The notes beneath the pieces are model-generated. The model searched no databases and was not told where the DNA came from. It saw nothing but the letters and a program-made list of their open reading frames with translations. A DNA stretch of 53,977 nt, from contig DNXB01000044.1 of NCBI GenBank assembly GCA_003506995.1, forward strand, positions 1 to 53,977. Direction: 5' to 3'. Source of the stretch: Verrucomicrobiales bacterium (lineage in GTDB: Bacteria; Verrucomicrobiota; Verrucomicrobiia; Verrucomicrobiales; Verrucomicrobiaceae). A program made the position numbers and the translations under genes. Numbering within the stretch: position 1 is the first letter of the stretch; every line of letters begins with the position of its first letter. Below are positions 1 to 8,633 of this stretch, piece by piece.

Positions 1-464
1 ACGGCATGCTCGCGCGCGAGTTCGGCCAGCAGAGCGCGCTCGGCGCCTATCTCAACGAACTGGCCGACGTGGTCTCCGACGCCGCGCTGATGCTGCCTTT
101 CGTGTTCGTGTCGCCTTTTGGCTGGGCGAGCGTCGGGGCGGTGATCTTTCTGGCGACGGTGTCCGAGATGGCGGGTGCGCTCGGGCCGATGGTCGGTGCG
201 CCGCGGCGCTATGACGGGCCCATGGGCAAGAGCGACCGGGCCTTCGTGTTCGGGGCGCTCGCGCTCGCCGTGGGGCTGCTCGGCGGCCTGCCGGGCTGGA
301 CCTTCTGGCTGATGCCGGTCATCGGCTTGGCCATCCTCATCAACACGATCAACCGGGTCCGCAACGGCGTGCGCGCAGCGCACTGCAGCGCGCCCGGCTC
401 GGACGCGACTCACTCCACCCCGACTCACTCCACCCCTACCGACTCCGACGCAGCCCGATCATGA
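1..464 (+). CDS. ynbA: CDP-alcohol phosphatidyltransferase family protein (YnbA-like), 5'-truncated by window edge
   Basis: Frame is open from the window start: (D)GMLAR...G.YLNELADVVSD matches the CDP-alcohol phosphotransferase motif. Also has GPMGKSDRA and hydrophobic helices. ATGA overlap with a ynbC-like gene. Confidence 0.85.
   Translation, partial: GMLAREFGQQSALGAYLNELADVVSDAALMLPFVFVSPFGWASVGAVIFLATVSEMAGALGPMVGAPRRYDGPMGKSDRAFVFGALALAVGLLGGLPGWTFWLMPVIGLAILINTINRVRNGVRAAHCSAPGSDATHSTPTHSTPTDSDAARS
406..435 (+). repeat. 15-bp tandem duplication CGACTCACTCCACCC x2 (THSTP THSTP) in the C-terminal tail of ynbA
   Basis: Read directly at 406-420 and 421-435. Confidence 0.85.
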
Positions 465-2206
465 CCATCAGCCCGCGCACCTGCACCGAACATCACTTCG
501 CTACTCACGATGGCGAGCAGCTCTTCTATCGTCATTGGCCGGCCACGGGTACGCGGCGCGGGGCCATCATGCTGCTGCACCGCGGCCACGAGCATTCGGG
601 GCGCGTGGCGCACATCGTCGACGAGCTGGAGCTGTCGGACTTCGATTTCTTCGCCTGGGACGCGCGCGGGCACGGCAAGTCCCCCGGCGCGCGCGGACAC
701 TCTCCCAGCGTCGGCACCTCGGTGCGTGACGTGCAGACCTTTGCCGATCACATCCGCGACCAGCATGGCGTGGCCACGCACGAGCTCGTGGTGCTCGGGC
801 AAAGCGTGGGCGCGGTGCTGGCGGCGGCCTGGGTGCATGACTATGCGCCGCCGGTGCGCGCCATGGTGCTCGCCTCGCCGGCCTTCAGCATCAAGCTCTA
901 CGTGCCCTTCGCCCGCCCGGGGCTGGCCTTGATGCACAAGCTGCGCGGCAACTTCTTCGTCAATAGCTACGTCAAGTCGAAGCTGCTCACCCACGATCGT
1001 GCGCGCCAGGCTTCGTACGACAGCGACCCGCTGATCGCGCGCGCGATCTCGGTGAACATGCTGCTTGGCCTGCACGACGCCGCACGGCGCATCGTCGATG
1101 ACGCGCAGGCGATCACTGCGCCGACGCAGATGCTGATCTCCGGCGCGGATTGGGTGGTACACTACGGGCCGCAGCATAGCTTCTTCGCCAATCTGGGCGC
1201 GCCGATCAAGGAAAAGCACGTCCTGGACGGCTTCTTCCACGACACGCTGGGCGAACGTGACCGCGCGCAGGCGATGACGCACATCCGGCGCTTCGTGCTC
1301 GAGCGCTTCGCGCAGTCGGCGGCCGCGATCGACCTGCGCGCCAGCGACCAGCGCGGCCACAGCTTCGACGAGGCGCGCGCGCTCGCGCAGCCGCTGCCGG
1401 CGCTGAGTCCGCGCGGCCTGTTCTGGCGCGGTTATCGTGCCGGGCTGAAGCTCGCCAGCCGTGTTTCGGACGGCATCCGACTGGGTTTCGAGACCGGCTT
1501 CGATTCGGGCAGCACGCTCGACTACGTGTATCGCGACCGGCCTGCCGGCCGCGGCCCACTGGGGCGCATGATCGACCGCCACTACCTCAACGCCATCGGC
1601 TGGCGCGGCATCCGCCAGCGCCGCGCGTGCATGAATCAGGCGCTGCGCTTTGCGCTGAAGCAAGTTCGAGAGGCGGGATTGCCCTTGCAGCTCATGGACA
1701 TCGCCGGTGGAGCCGGGCGCTATTTGCTGGACGTGCTCGACGAGCCCGATCTGAAAATCCTGTGCCGCGACTGGAGCGAATCCGCATTGGCACGAGGCCG
1801 CGAGTCCGCGCAGCAGATGGGCCTCAGTGAGCGCATCACGCATCTGCGTGGCGATGCCTTTGACGAGCAATCGCTCGCCAATGTGGAGCCTAAACCGTCC
1901 GTGGCGGTCGTGTCCGGGCTGTATGAGCTGTTTCCAGAGAACGACAAGCTCCAGCGCTCGCTGCGCGGCCTCTTCAGCGCGGTGAATCCGGGTGGCTGGC
2001 TCATCTACACCGGCCAGCCCTGGCATCCGCAGGTCGAAATGATCGCCCGCACGCTCACGAATCGCGACGGGCAGTTCTGGGTGATGCGCCGCCGCCCGCA
2101 GGGCGAGATGGACGCGCTCGTCGAGCAGGCGGGCTTCAAGAAAGAGAAGCAGTGGATCGACGACTTCGGCATCTTCACCGTCAGCATCGCCCGCAAGCCT
2201 GCATGA
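461..2206 (+). CDS. ynbC: Bifunctional alpha/beta hydrolase (lysophospholipase-like) / class I SAM-dependent methyltransferase (YnbC-like)
   Basis: LHRGHEHSG, DARGHG, GQSVG nucleophile elbow, GFFHDTL, GFDSGSTLDYVY, DIAGGAGRY SAM motif, YTGQPWHPQ. Confidence 0.9.
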   Translation: MTISPRTCTEHHFATHDGEQLFYRHWPATGTRRGAIMLLHRGHEHSGRVAHIVDELELSDFDFFAWDARGHGKSPGARGHSPSVGTSVRDVQTFADHIRDQHGVATHELVVLGQSVGAVLAAAWVHDYAPPVRAMVLASPAFSIKLYVPFARPGLALMHKLRGNFFVNSYVKSKLLTHDRARQASYDSDPLIARAISVNMLLGLHDAARRIVDDAQAITAPTQMLISGADWVVHYGPQHSFFANLGAPIKEKHVLDGFFHDTLGERDRAQAMTHIRRFVLERFAQSAAAIDLRASDQRGHSFDEARALAQPLPALSPRGLFWRGYRAGLKLASRVSDGIRLGFETGFDSGSTLDYVYRDRPAGRGPLGRMIDRHYLNAIGWRGIRQRRACMNQALRFALKQVREAGLPLQLMDIAGGAGRYLLDVLDEPDLKILCRDWSESALARGRESAQQMGLSERITHLRGDAFDEQSLANVEPKPSVAVVSGLYELFPENDKLQRSLRGLFSAVNPGGWLIYTGQPWHPQVEMIARTLTNRDGQFWVMRRRPQGEMDALVEQAGFKKEKQWIDDFGIFTVSIARKPA

Positions 2207-3459
2207 ACCGCGCCAAACGCGAATCCGGATTGATATGGCCTGCGATTTGGCGACTCGCGCTCGCGGGTGCCACGTTTGTGCTCGTGTACAGCGGCTGCAA
2301 TCAATTCACCGCCACACGCGGTGATGTGCCAACACTGATGTTCGAGTGGGAGCGGCACATCCCGTTCGTGAGGGAGCTGGTGGTGCCGTATTGGTCGCTC
2401 GATCTGTTTTTCTGCGGCGCGTTTTTTCTCTGTGGCAGCAAGCTGGAGCTGAATCTGCTCACCAAGCGCCTCATCGCCGTCACCATCGCCAGCGGCGTTT
2501 GCTATCTGTTGTTTCCGCTGCAGCTCGCCCTGCCTAGGCCGGAGCCGGTGGGCTGGACCGCGCCGCTGTTTCACGCGCTCTATTTCAACGACCTGCCCTA
2601 CAACCTCGCGCCGTCGCTGCACATCAGCCTGCGCTCGCTGGTGTGGGTGTTTTACGGCGCGCATCTCACCGGCAGGCTGCGCACAGCGGTGAAAGTGTGG
2701 TTCATCCTCATCGGTCTCTCGACGCTGCTCGTCTGGCAGCATCACCTCGTCGATGTCGCTGGTGGATTCGTCATGGGCTGGGCCATCGCGGCCATCTTTC
2801 CTGATTCACGGCAGCTTGGGACCAGGAATCCTTCCTCAAAATACGCACAACGCTACGGCATCGGCGCAGTGGCATGCACGGCGTTGAGTTTTGTCTCGAT
2901 CTTCTTCGTCTGGCCCGCCGTGGCGTGCGGGATCATGGCGCTGGCCTATGCCACGGGCTTGTCGCGACTGTTGGGCAAAGAAAACGGCACGCTCTCGCCC
3001 TCCGCCGAGTGGTGCCTGCTGCCGGTGCTCATCGCGACGGCGCAAATCCAGCGCAAGTGGCTCCGACGAAAGCCCGGATGGCATGAAGTCACGCCCGGCG
3101 TGCTCTTCGGCCGCAAAGTCACCGCCAAAGAAGCCTCAGCGCTCGTCCGGGAAGGTGATCTTGCCGTGCTGGACCTCACCGCCGAAACCAACGCGCCCGT
3201 GGCCTTCCGCGAGCACGCGCACTACCACAATCTGCCGCTGCTCGATCTCGTCCCGCTCAAACCAGAACACATCCAAGCCGCGCTGAGCATCATCCGTGAA
3301 CAGCGGGCCGCCGGACGTCGCGTCTTCATGCACTGCCAGCTCGGTCTGCAACGCTCCGCCCTCATCGCCGCGTATTGGCTGGTGGAAAATGGTGCGGCGA
3401 CCGATTTGGAGGCGGCGAAGCACCAGATTCGCGCATTGGAACCGCAGGTGGTGATCTGA
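2203..3459 (+). CDS. ynbD: PAP2 / dual-specificity phosphatase family membrane protein (YnbD-like)
   Basis: ATG at 2203 overlaps the ynbC stop (ATGA). N-terminal PAP2-like motifs PSLH and QHHLVD; C-terminal HCQLGLQRS phosphatase loop. Confidence 0.85.
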   Translation: MNRAKRESGLIWPAIWRLALAGATFVLVYSGCNQFTATRGDVPTLMFEWERHIPFVRELVVPYWSLDLFFCGAFFLCGSKLELNLLTKRLIAVTIASGVCYLLFPLQLALPRPEPVGWTAPLFHALYFNDLPYNLAPSLHISLRSLVWVFYGAHLTGRLRTAVKVWFILIGLSTLLVWQHHLVDVAGGFVMGWAIAAIFPDSRQLGTRNPSSKYAQRYGIGAVACTALSFVSIFFVWPAVACGIMALAYATGLSRLLGKENGTLSPSAEWCLLPVLIATAQIQRKWLRRKPGWHEVTPGVLFGRKVTAKEASALVREGDLAVLDLTAETNAPVAFREHAHYHNLPLLDLVPLKPEHIQAALSIIREQRAAGRRVFMHCQLGLQRSALIAAYWLVENGAATDLEAAKHQIRALEPQVVI

Positions 3460-3469
3460 CAAACCTGGC

Positions 3470-3620
3470 CCCTCACCCGGCCTCTCCCCGAATGACGTCG
3501 GTCAGCAGCCTCACCTTACGCGGGGAGAGGAGATTCGTTGTGCGGCAGCTCGAAAGCGCTCTCCCTCTCCCCGCCAAAGGCATTCATTTCATCTCCCGAT
3601 CACTTCGGGGGAGAGGGGCG
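3470..3620. repeat. Two REP-like intergenic palindromes (CCTCTCCCC...GGGGAGAGG type)
   Basis: CCTCTCCCCG (3481-3490) pairs with CGGGGAGAGG (3521-3530). CCCTCTCCCC (3563-3572) pairs with GGGGAGAGGG (3608-3617). Confidence 0.75.
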
Positions 3621-3624
3621 TCTC

Positions 3625-3671
3625 AGTGTTCCGAGCTTCCTTCGTCATTCTGATTTCGTCATTCGTCATTT
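3625..3671 (-). repeat. Solo heptad-repeat arm (AATGACG family)
   Basis: Minus strand reads AATGACG AATGACG AAATCAG AATGACG AAGG AAGCTCG, the same architecture as the arms at 6501, 7072, 22835 and 22944. Confidence 0.8.
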
Positions 3672-3700
3672 GCACCGCTCCGTGCTCTCGCGATTTGTCC

Positions 3701-4291
3701 ATGACTTCAAACACCATGCCCAACCTCACCGCCCCCACCGGATTCAAAGAATGGTCCTTCGTCTGCGATGCCCTCGTGCAAGGCCAGCTCAGCCTCATTT
3801 TGCGCAAAGGCGGCATCCACGAGGGTCGTGGCGGCTTTGAGTGGAAGCACCGCGAGTTCTTCCTGTTCCCGACGTGGTTTCACAATCAGGCCGAAAAGCT
3901 CAGTTGGGCACCGGAGAACACCCAACGGGCCTTCCCGCCGGAGGAGGAGCGTCAAACCGTGGACATCGACGGCTGCGCGACGCTGGAGCAGGTATGGAAA
4001 GTCACCGACTGGGACAAGGTCGCCGCATTGGCCCCGTTGCACATCTGGAACGAGGACGTGGTGAAGGAGCGCTTCGTTTATGACGACGAAACCTGCCTCC
4101 ATGTGGCCCTCGTCCGCGCCTACAAACTCCCGCAGCGCTGGCACTTCCCGTATGCGAAGAGCTACGGCGGCTGCCGCTCCTGGATCACGCTGCCGGAGGA
4201 AGGCCTGCCCATGGCCGCTGCGGCGACGCCGGCTTTGAGTGATGAAGCGTTCGCCGAGGTGTCAGCGAAGTTGAAAGCGATCCTCGGCTGA
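3701..4291 (+). CDS. DUF1802 family protein
   Basis: FKEWSFVCDALVQGQLSLILRKGGIHE, FFLFPTWFH and YGGCRSWI are typical of DUF1802. Start is 3701 or 3716. Confidence 0.8.
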   Translation: MTSNTMPNLTAPTGFKEWSFVCDALVQGQLSLILRKGGIHEGRGGFEWKHREFFLFPTWFHNQAEKLSWAPENTQRAFPPEEERQTVDIDGCATLEQVWKVTDWDKVAALAPLHIWNEDVVKERFVYDDETCLHVALVRAYKLPQRWHFPYAKSYGGCRSWITLPEEGLPMAAAATPALSDEAFAEVSAKLKAILG

Positions 4292-4296
4292 TCGGC

Positions 4297-4884
4297 TCAG
4301 CGCATGAAGACCGTGATCATCTCCTCGACGACCGGCTTCACAGCGCGGAGCTTCTTGTCTGCGGAGGAGATCTGCTTGTCGCCGATCAGGTAATCAGGGA
4401 TTTCATCCGTGCTCGGATTGAAGCGCAGACTCACCATGGCCTCGAGCTTGCCACCCTCAAAGTTGGCGTAGCCGCCGTAGTCCCAGCTAAAACCCATCAC
4501 CTTGAAGGGCTTGCCGTTGATCTTCTCGACCTGCTCGATGGTCATGCCCGCCTTGAGTCCGTTATCAAACTTCCATGCCTTGCCAATGACACGCACGTCG
4601 AAGACGATCTTCTTCGACTCGTTCTCAGGATCCCAGACGATCTCCAGCTCGCGGTCGCTGTCTGCGAAGAGCTTGGCTCCGGGAAAGGTTGATCCCTCGG
4701 GACCGGGAAGATCCATATTTTTGAAGTTCTTCTTCCCGTAGGCACGCTCAATGTCGCCACTGCTCATGCCCGGCTTGATCAAGCCGACCCGCTGGCCCAG
4801 AACAATCGTGTTGTCCGCAGGATCGAACTCATCCGCATGCAGAAAGGCTCCAAACAACAGCAGAACGGCGAAGACACGTTTCAT
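4297..4884 (-). CDS. Hypothetical secreted protein
   Basis: Signal peptide MKRVFAVLLLFGAFLHA; protein-like composition with INGKPFKVMGFSWDYGG; fills the gap between neighbours. Confidence 0.75.
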   Translation of the reverse strand: MKRVFAVLLLFGAFLHADEFDPADNTIVLGQRVGLIKPGMSSGDIERAYGKKNFKNMDLPGPEGSTFPGAKLFADSDRELEIVWDPENESKKIVFDVRVIGKAWKFDNGLKAGMTIEQVEKINGKPFKVMGFSWDYGGYANFEGGKLEAMVSLRFNPSTDEIPDYLIGDKQISSADKKLRAVKPVVEEMITVFMR

Positions 4885-4990
4885 GCCTCGATTACAGAGG
4901 CAGCGGGCCTTGAAATCAAGCCATCATTCCCGCCGGACTGCACAATCCATCCTTGGCAAAACCTCGGCCACCTCTCACAATCCGCCCGTC

Positions 4991-6487
4991 ATGCCCGCCG
5001 CTGCCAAAAAAGCCCCCGCTCGCCCCAAGCCCACCCGCGAACTCGTGTTTGGCGATCTGTGGGAGTTTGATCCCGCGCCGGAGACCGCTGATCCGAAGCT
5101 GAAGAAGCGCTACGATCTTTTCATCAACGGCTCCTTCGTGGCACCGAAGAAGGGCAGATATTTCGCCACGATCAATCCGGCGAACGAAACGAAGATCGCC
5201 GACATCGCGCTGGCGGATGCGGCGGATGTGGATGCGGCCTGCAAGGCGGCACAGATGGCTTTCACGGGTGTGTGGGGCAAGATGCCGGGCAAGGAGCGCG
5301 GGAAGTATCTGTATCGCATCGCAAGGCTGCTGCAGGATCATGCACGGGAGTTTGCCATCGCGGAGACGCTGGATGGTGGGAAGCCGATCAAGGAATCCCG
5401 TGACTTCGACATCCCGATGGCGGCGGCGCATTTCTTTTATCACGCGGGCTGGGCAGACAAGCTGGAGTTTTTGGCCCCAGGCAGGCAGCTCGCGCCACAT
5501 GGCGTCGTGGGGCAGGTCATTCCGTGGAATTTCCCGCTGCTCATGCTGGCGTGGAAGATCGCCCCGGCGCTCGCGGCGGGGAATTGCGTCGTGTTGAAGC
5601 CGGCGGAGACCACCAGCATCACCGCGCTGAAGTTTGGCGAGATTTGCCAGGAAGCAGGCCTGCCGAACGGCGTCGTGAACATCGTCAGCGGCGCGAGCGA
5701 AACGGGCGCGGCGGTGATCAATCATCCGCTCACGACGAAAGTGGCCTTCACCGGCAGCACGGAGGTCGGCAAGATCATCATGCGCTCGCTGGCGGGCACG
5801 GACAAGAAGATGACAATGGAACTCGGCGGCAAGGCCGCGAACATCGTGTTTGACGATGCGCCGCTGGATCAGGCCGTGGAGGGCATCGTCAACGGCATCT
5901 TCTTCAATCAAGGTCATGTTTGCTGCGCGGGCTCCAGATTGCTCGTGCAGGAAAGTATCGCCGATGAAGTGCTAGCCAAACTGAGGTGCCGCATCGCCGT
6001 GCTGCGTGTGGGTGATCCGATGGACAAGAACACCGACCTCGGTGCCATCAACAGCCGCGAGCAGCTCATCAAGATCACCGAACTCGTGCAAAGCGGTGTG
6101 AAGGAAGGCGCGGAGATGCATCAAAGCGCGTGCCGACTTCCGACGAAGGGCTTCTTCTTCAAACCCACACTCTTCTCCGGCGTCAGCATGAGCCATCGCA
6201 TCGCCCGCGAAGAAATTTTCGGCCCCGTACTCAGCATCCTCACCTTCCGCACGCTTGAGGAAGCCGTCGAAAAAGCCAATAACACCGCCTATGGCCTCAG
6301 CGCTGGCGTCTGGACCGACAAAGGCAGCCGCATCCTCAAGATGAGCACCCTGCTCAAAGCCGGCGTCGTCTGGGCGAACACGTATAACAAGTTTGATCCC
6401 ACGAGCCCGTTTGGAGGATTCAAGGAGAGCGGGTTCGGAAGAGAGGGCGGGAAACAGGGGCTGCTTGATTATCTCAAGGTGGCTTGA
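4991..6487 (+). CDS. Aldehyde dehydrogenase (catalytic; DeoC-associated / ALDH16 N-terminal-like)
   Basis: IPWNFPL, LKPAE, FTGSTEVG, ELGGK, FNQGHVCCAG (catalytic Cys), EEIFGPV, PFGGFKESG. Likely start ATG 4991. Confidence 0.92.
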   Translation: MPAAAKKAPARPKPTRELVFGDLWEFDPAPETADPKLKKRYDLFINGSFVAPKKGRYFATINPANETKIADIALADAADVDAACKAAQMAFTGVWGKMPGKERGKYLYRIARLLQDHAREFAIAETLDGGKPIKESRDFDIPMAAAHFFYHAGWADKLEFLAPGRQLAPHGVVGQVIPWNFPLLMLAWKIAPALAAGNCVVLKPAETTSITALKFGEICQEAGLPNGVVNIVSGASETGAAVINHPLTTKVAFTGSTEVGKIIMRSLAGTDKKMTMELGGKAANIVFDDAPLDQAVEGIVNGIFFNQGHVCCAGSRLLVQESIADEVLAKLRCRIAVLRVGDPMDKNTDLGAINSREQLIKITELVQSGVKEGAEMHQSACRLPTKGFFFKPTLFSGVSMSHRIAREEIFGPVLSILTFRTLEEAVEKANNTAYGLSAGVWTDKGSRILKMSTLLKAGVVWANTYNKFDPTSPFGGFKESGFGREGGKQGLLDYLKVA

Positions 6488-6500
6488 GGTCGCTTTGCCA

Positions 6501-6557
6501 AATGACGAATGAGTAAATCCGAATGACGAAAGAAACCCGAATGCTGAATGCCGAAAC
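6501..6557 (+). repeat. Left heptad-repeat arm of an inverted-repeat-flanked cassette
   Basis: AATGACG AATGAGT AAATCCG AATGACG AAAG AAACCCG AATGCTG AATGCCG. 6500-6531 matches the reverse complement of 7042-7073 at 29/32 positions. Confidence 0.85.
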
Positions 6558-7014
6558 CGCGCTGCTAGTGCGTGGGGCAGGCTTGATTCGTCTTTGGTTC
6601 GGCATCGCCTTTGCACTGGCTTTTTTGATGGCTGGTTTTATTCGGGCGGAGGTTCGACAAACGGTGTTGGATTGGGAACCGGCCTGCGAAGGCAGTTCCA
6701 TCACCGTCACAACTCAAAATGGACAGCTTGCCCTAGTCGAAGCCTCGGCCTGGCACTTCGCAGAGGCTCGGGAGTGGATTTGTGTGTTTAAGGACGGAAG
6801 CCTGCTCACCGTTACCTATCGCCATTACACTTTGAGCAGAAAAGCCAAAGGAGACTCCGGTGAATTTGAAATCCAGAGCACGCTGGATCGTGTCGAGACA
6901 TTTGTGGCAGAGCATGGGGTCGTTCACAAGGTGCCCGTAACTCTCAAGACCGACTTGGAAACCGTTCTCAGCAAGGCTCGCACGTCTCTCGCCGAACCAT
7001 CAAAACAGAAATGA
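6541..7014 (+). CDS. Hypothetical exported protein (cargo between the heptad inverted repeats); start uncertain, possibly TTG 6583
   Basis: ORF with a hydrophobic N-terminus (LIRLWFGIAFALAFLMAGFIRA) and more A/T-ending codons than its neighbours; stop lies 2 nt before the right repeat arm. Confidence 0.6.
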   Translation: MLNAETALLVRGAGLIRLWFGIAFALAFLMAGFIRAEVRQTVLDWEPACEGSSITVTTQNGQLALVEASAWHFAEAREWICVFKDGSLLTVTYRHYTLSRKAKGDSGEFEIQSTLDRVETFVAEHGVVHKVPVTLKTDLETVLSKARTSLAEPSKQK

Positions 7015-7015
7015 A

Positions 7016-7073
7016 GGTTCGACATTAGGGCTTGGTCATTATTTCGTCATTCGTGCTTACTCATTCGTCATTT
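7016..7073 (-). repeat. Right heptad-repeat arm (inverted relative to 6501-6557)
   Basis: Minus strand reads AATGACG AATGAGT AAGCACG AATGACG AAAT AATGACC AAGCCCT AATGTCG. Confidence 0.85.
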
Positions 7074-7086
7074 ACCACTCCCGCCC

Positions 7087-7956
7087 ATGTCTAGCCGCCT
7101 CCACATAACCAAAACCCCCAAATGCTACGTCGGCGGCGCTTTCATCCGCAGCGAGAGCGGACGCGTAGCCGAATTGCGAAATGCCAAGGGTGGTTTTTTC
7201 GCCAACATCCCGCAATGCACCCGCAAAGACCTGCGCAATGCTGTCGAGGCAGCAGCGAAGGCGGGGCCGGGGTGGGCGAAGCGGTCGGCGTTCAATCGCG
7301 GGCAGATTCTTTATCGGCTGGCGGAGATGATGGAGGCGCGGGGCGTCGAATTGGCGGAAAGCATCACCTTGAGCGGTGTTTCGAAGGCGGAGGCCTCACG
7401 CGAAGTCGCGGCGGCGATTGAGCGCGTGGTGCATTACGCGGGCTGGACGGACAAATACGAGCAGGTGCTCGGCAGCGTGAATCCGGTGGCCTCGGCGCAC
7501 TTCAATTTCACCGTCACTGAGCCGATGGGGATCATCGGCATCCTCGCGGCGGATGACGCGCCCGTTTTGGGCCTGCTGTCGCTGATTTTGCCCGCGATCA
7601 CGAGCGGAAATAGCGTCGTGGCGCTCGCCAGCACGACGCAGCCGTATCCGAGCATCCAGCTGGGCGAAATGCTCGCCACCAGCGATCTGCCCGGTGGCGT
7701 GGTGAACCTGCTCACCGGGCAGCGGAGCGAATTGATCCCCACTTTTGCCACACACGAGCACCTGCGTGCTTTGAGTGGTGTGGCGAATGCCGAAGATCGC
7801 AAGACGTTGAAACTTGGCGCGGCTGAAAGCGTGAAGCGCGTGCGTTTGCTGAAGGCGGAGGAACCCATCGACTGGTTCGCGGACAAGATGCAGGGCGCGG
7901 AGGAGATCCGGGCGCTGATCGAGTTCAAGACGACCTGGCATCCGGTGGGTGCTTGA
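7087..7956 (+). CDS. Short aldehyde dehydrogenase family protein lacking the catalytic domain (ALDH16 C-terminal-like partner)
   Basis: KCYVGGAFIRSESG, RGQILYRLAEMME, EPMGIIG, DLPGGVVNLLTG and KTTWHPVG are present; no ELGG or catalytic-Cys segment; 289 aa. Confidence 0.85.
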   Translation: MSSRLHITKTPKCYVGGAFIRSESGRVAELRNAKGGFFANIPQCTRKDLRNAVEAAAKAGPGWAKRSAFNRGQILYRLAEMMEARGVELAESITLSGVSKAEASREVAAAIERVVHYAGWTDKYEQVLGSVNPVASAHFNFTVTEPMGIIGILAADDAPVLGLLSLILPAITSGNSVVALASTTQPYPSIQLGEMLATSDLPGGVVNLLTGQRSELIPTFATHEHLRALSGVANAEDRKTLKLGAAESVKRVRLLKAEEPIDWFADKMQGAEEIRALIEFKTTWHPVGA

Positions 7957-7987
7957 TTCTCGGCGAATGGAGTCCACTATTTGCGTC

Positions 7988-8152
7988 ATGAAAGCATCGG
8001 CCAAAAAACTTGCCCCCGCACATGCCGCGAGGAAAAAAACCGCCCGCAAACGCAAACTCGACGCCAGCGGGCTGGCATGGTTGCTCGATCGTGAACTGCC
8101 TCCCGCTGACCAGTTGCCTGAAAACCCGGTTCTGGTTCTGCGCCGCCTGTGA
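7988..8152 (+). CDS. Small basic protein, putative antitoxin of the downstream PIN toxin
   Basis: 54-aa K/R-rich ORF whose stop overlaps the GTG start of the PIN gene (GTGA). Confidence 0.55.
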   Translation: MKASAKKLAPAHAARKKTARKRKLDASGLAWLLDRELPPADQLPENPVLVLRRL

Positions 8153-8586
8153 AATGGTATTCTGATGCCAGCTATCTTGTTTCCGCCTTTGGAGAGGATT
8201 CGAACACCCCGGCGGCGAAGCGCTGGTTGCGGCAATGCGCAGACTTCCCCATTCTCATCACACGCCTGACGGTCTTGGAGGCGGATACCGCGCTGCGAGC
8301 GGCGGTGGTAGATGAAAGGCTGACGCATGAAAAGATGCAGGCTGCAATGGCCGACATCCATCGTTCTGTCTTGGAGGGACACCTCCAACGCAAGGAGGTT
8401 CCGCATCATCAATGGTTCCCGCAAGGGCATCGAATCAGCATGCATGCGACCACAGGATGTGTCTGCCGTGCGCTGGATGTGCTGCATGTGGCGGCCGCGG
8501 TCATTGTGAAAGCGAAGGGAATGCTTACTTTCGACAAGCATCAGCGTGAACTGGCAAAAGCGGAAGGGCTGGAAGTGGCGCCGTGA
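8149..8586 (+). CDS. PIN-domain (VapC-like) toxin
   Basis: YSDASYLVS, LTVLE, RALDVLHVAAA and LTFDKHQRELAKAEGL give the conserved PIN acidic residues. Confidence 0.85.
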   Translation: MKWYSDASYLVSAFGEDSNTPAAKRWLRQCADFPILITRLTVLEADTALRAAVVDERLTHEKMQAAMADIHRSVLEGHLQRKEVPHHQWFPQGHRISMHATTGCVCRALDVLHVAAAVIVKAKGMLTFDKHQRELAKAEGLEVAP

Positions 8587-8633
8587 GATGAATCATGCTT
8601 GCGCCCTGGTGCGAACTCGCCACGGCTTCACGC

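Noticed and set aside
406-435. 15-bp tandem repeat as a contingency locus
   Set aside because: It is in-frame, has only two copies and lies in a disordered tail, so it has no phase-variation potential.
6500-7073. CRISPR array or classical IS interpretation of the heptad repeats
   Set aside because: No repeat-spacer periodicity, no cas genes, the cargo has no transposase motif, and no target-site duplication was evident.
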